From Octopus vulgaris (taxonomy: Eukaryota), in contig OX597817.1 of the NCBI GenBank assembly GCA_951406725.2, positions 156,860,001 through 156,924,000 on the forward strand: DNA of 64,000 bases, in the 5' to 3' direction. A program made the translations under genes and the position numbers. The notes beneath the pieces were generated by a model. The model was not told where the DNA came from. It was given only the letters and a program-made list of their open reading frames with translations, and searched no databases. This document shows, piece by piece, positions 63,645 to 64,000 of this stretch; the stretch's first letter is position 1, and every line of letters starts with the position of its first letter.

Positions 63645-64000
63645 AAATGTGTGCAAAGTACAAGAAATATTAATGCAGTATATGGGGATTGGACAATAAG
63701 CGTAAGGCAGTGTCAATGGTGGTTCCAGAAATCCCGAGCCATAAACTACAGCCTAGAAGACGAGCCTCATCCTGAAAGATCTGTAGAACTCGACAAGGAC
63801 ATCCTGAAAACCCTGGTGGAACAAAATATCATCGTAACTGTTGAGGAACTAGCAGAGAAGCTTGGATTTGGTCATTCAACCATTCATTGACACCTGTGTG
63901 CTATCGGAAAAGTCAGCAAATTGGGTCAATGGGTTCCTCACGAACTTTCCGAGTCTAATTGCATGCAGAGAGTGAATGTATGCTTTTCTTTGCTGTCATA
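63645..64000 (+). pseudogene. Mariner transposase fragment (continues beyond the window)
   Basis: RNINAVYG...VRQCQWWFQK...SLEDEP...TVEELAEKLG..HSTIH*HL..IGKVSKLGQWVPHEL; contains an in-frame stop. Confidence 0.9.

Overview
AT-rich, microsatellite- and transposon-dense eukaryotic DNA. The repeat repertoire looks like a coleoid cephalopod, probably Octopus (inference). The only confidently recognisable host gene is the first coding exon of GCLC (glutamate-cysteine ligase catalytic subunit, 50170-50319, +); I found no exon 2, so its intron appears to run past the window end. The rest is a nested TE landscape: several non-autonomous Helitron families (two head-to-tail arrays, two copies with RepHel remnants), four or more tRNA-derived SINE families with swapped tails, GG-terminal MITEs with 8-bp TSDs (Merlin-like), mariner and Chapaev3-like transposase relics, RTE, CR1, Tx1, CRE and R4/Dong-like LINE fragments, a 483-bp TRIM with a tRNA-Trp PBS, a 17-copy 69-bp minisatellite and many simple repeats. 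Most ORFs in the track are artefacts of microsatellites or SINEs. Most notable observations: opposite-polarity hammerhead-ribozyme-like cassettes (~21.1-21.4 kb, ~35.0-35.3 kb, ~55.3 kb); a perfect inverted twin ARE/Maf-AP1 motif 31 kb upstream of GCLC; Helitron arrays built from non-identical units; and a SINE tail matching the RTE 3' end at the window start. I found no new protein-coding system that I can support. All family assignments come from recalled motifs, not database searches; boundaries without TSD/terminus evidence are approximate.
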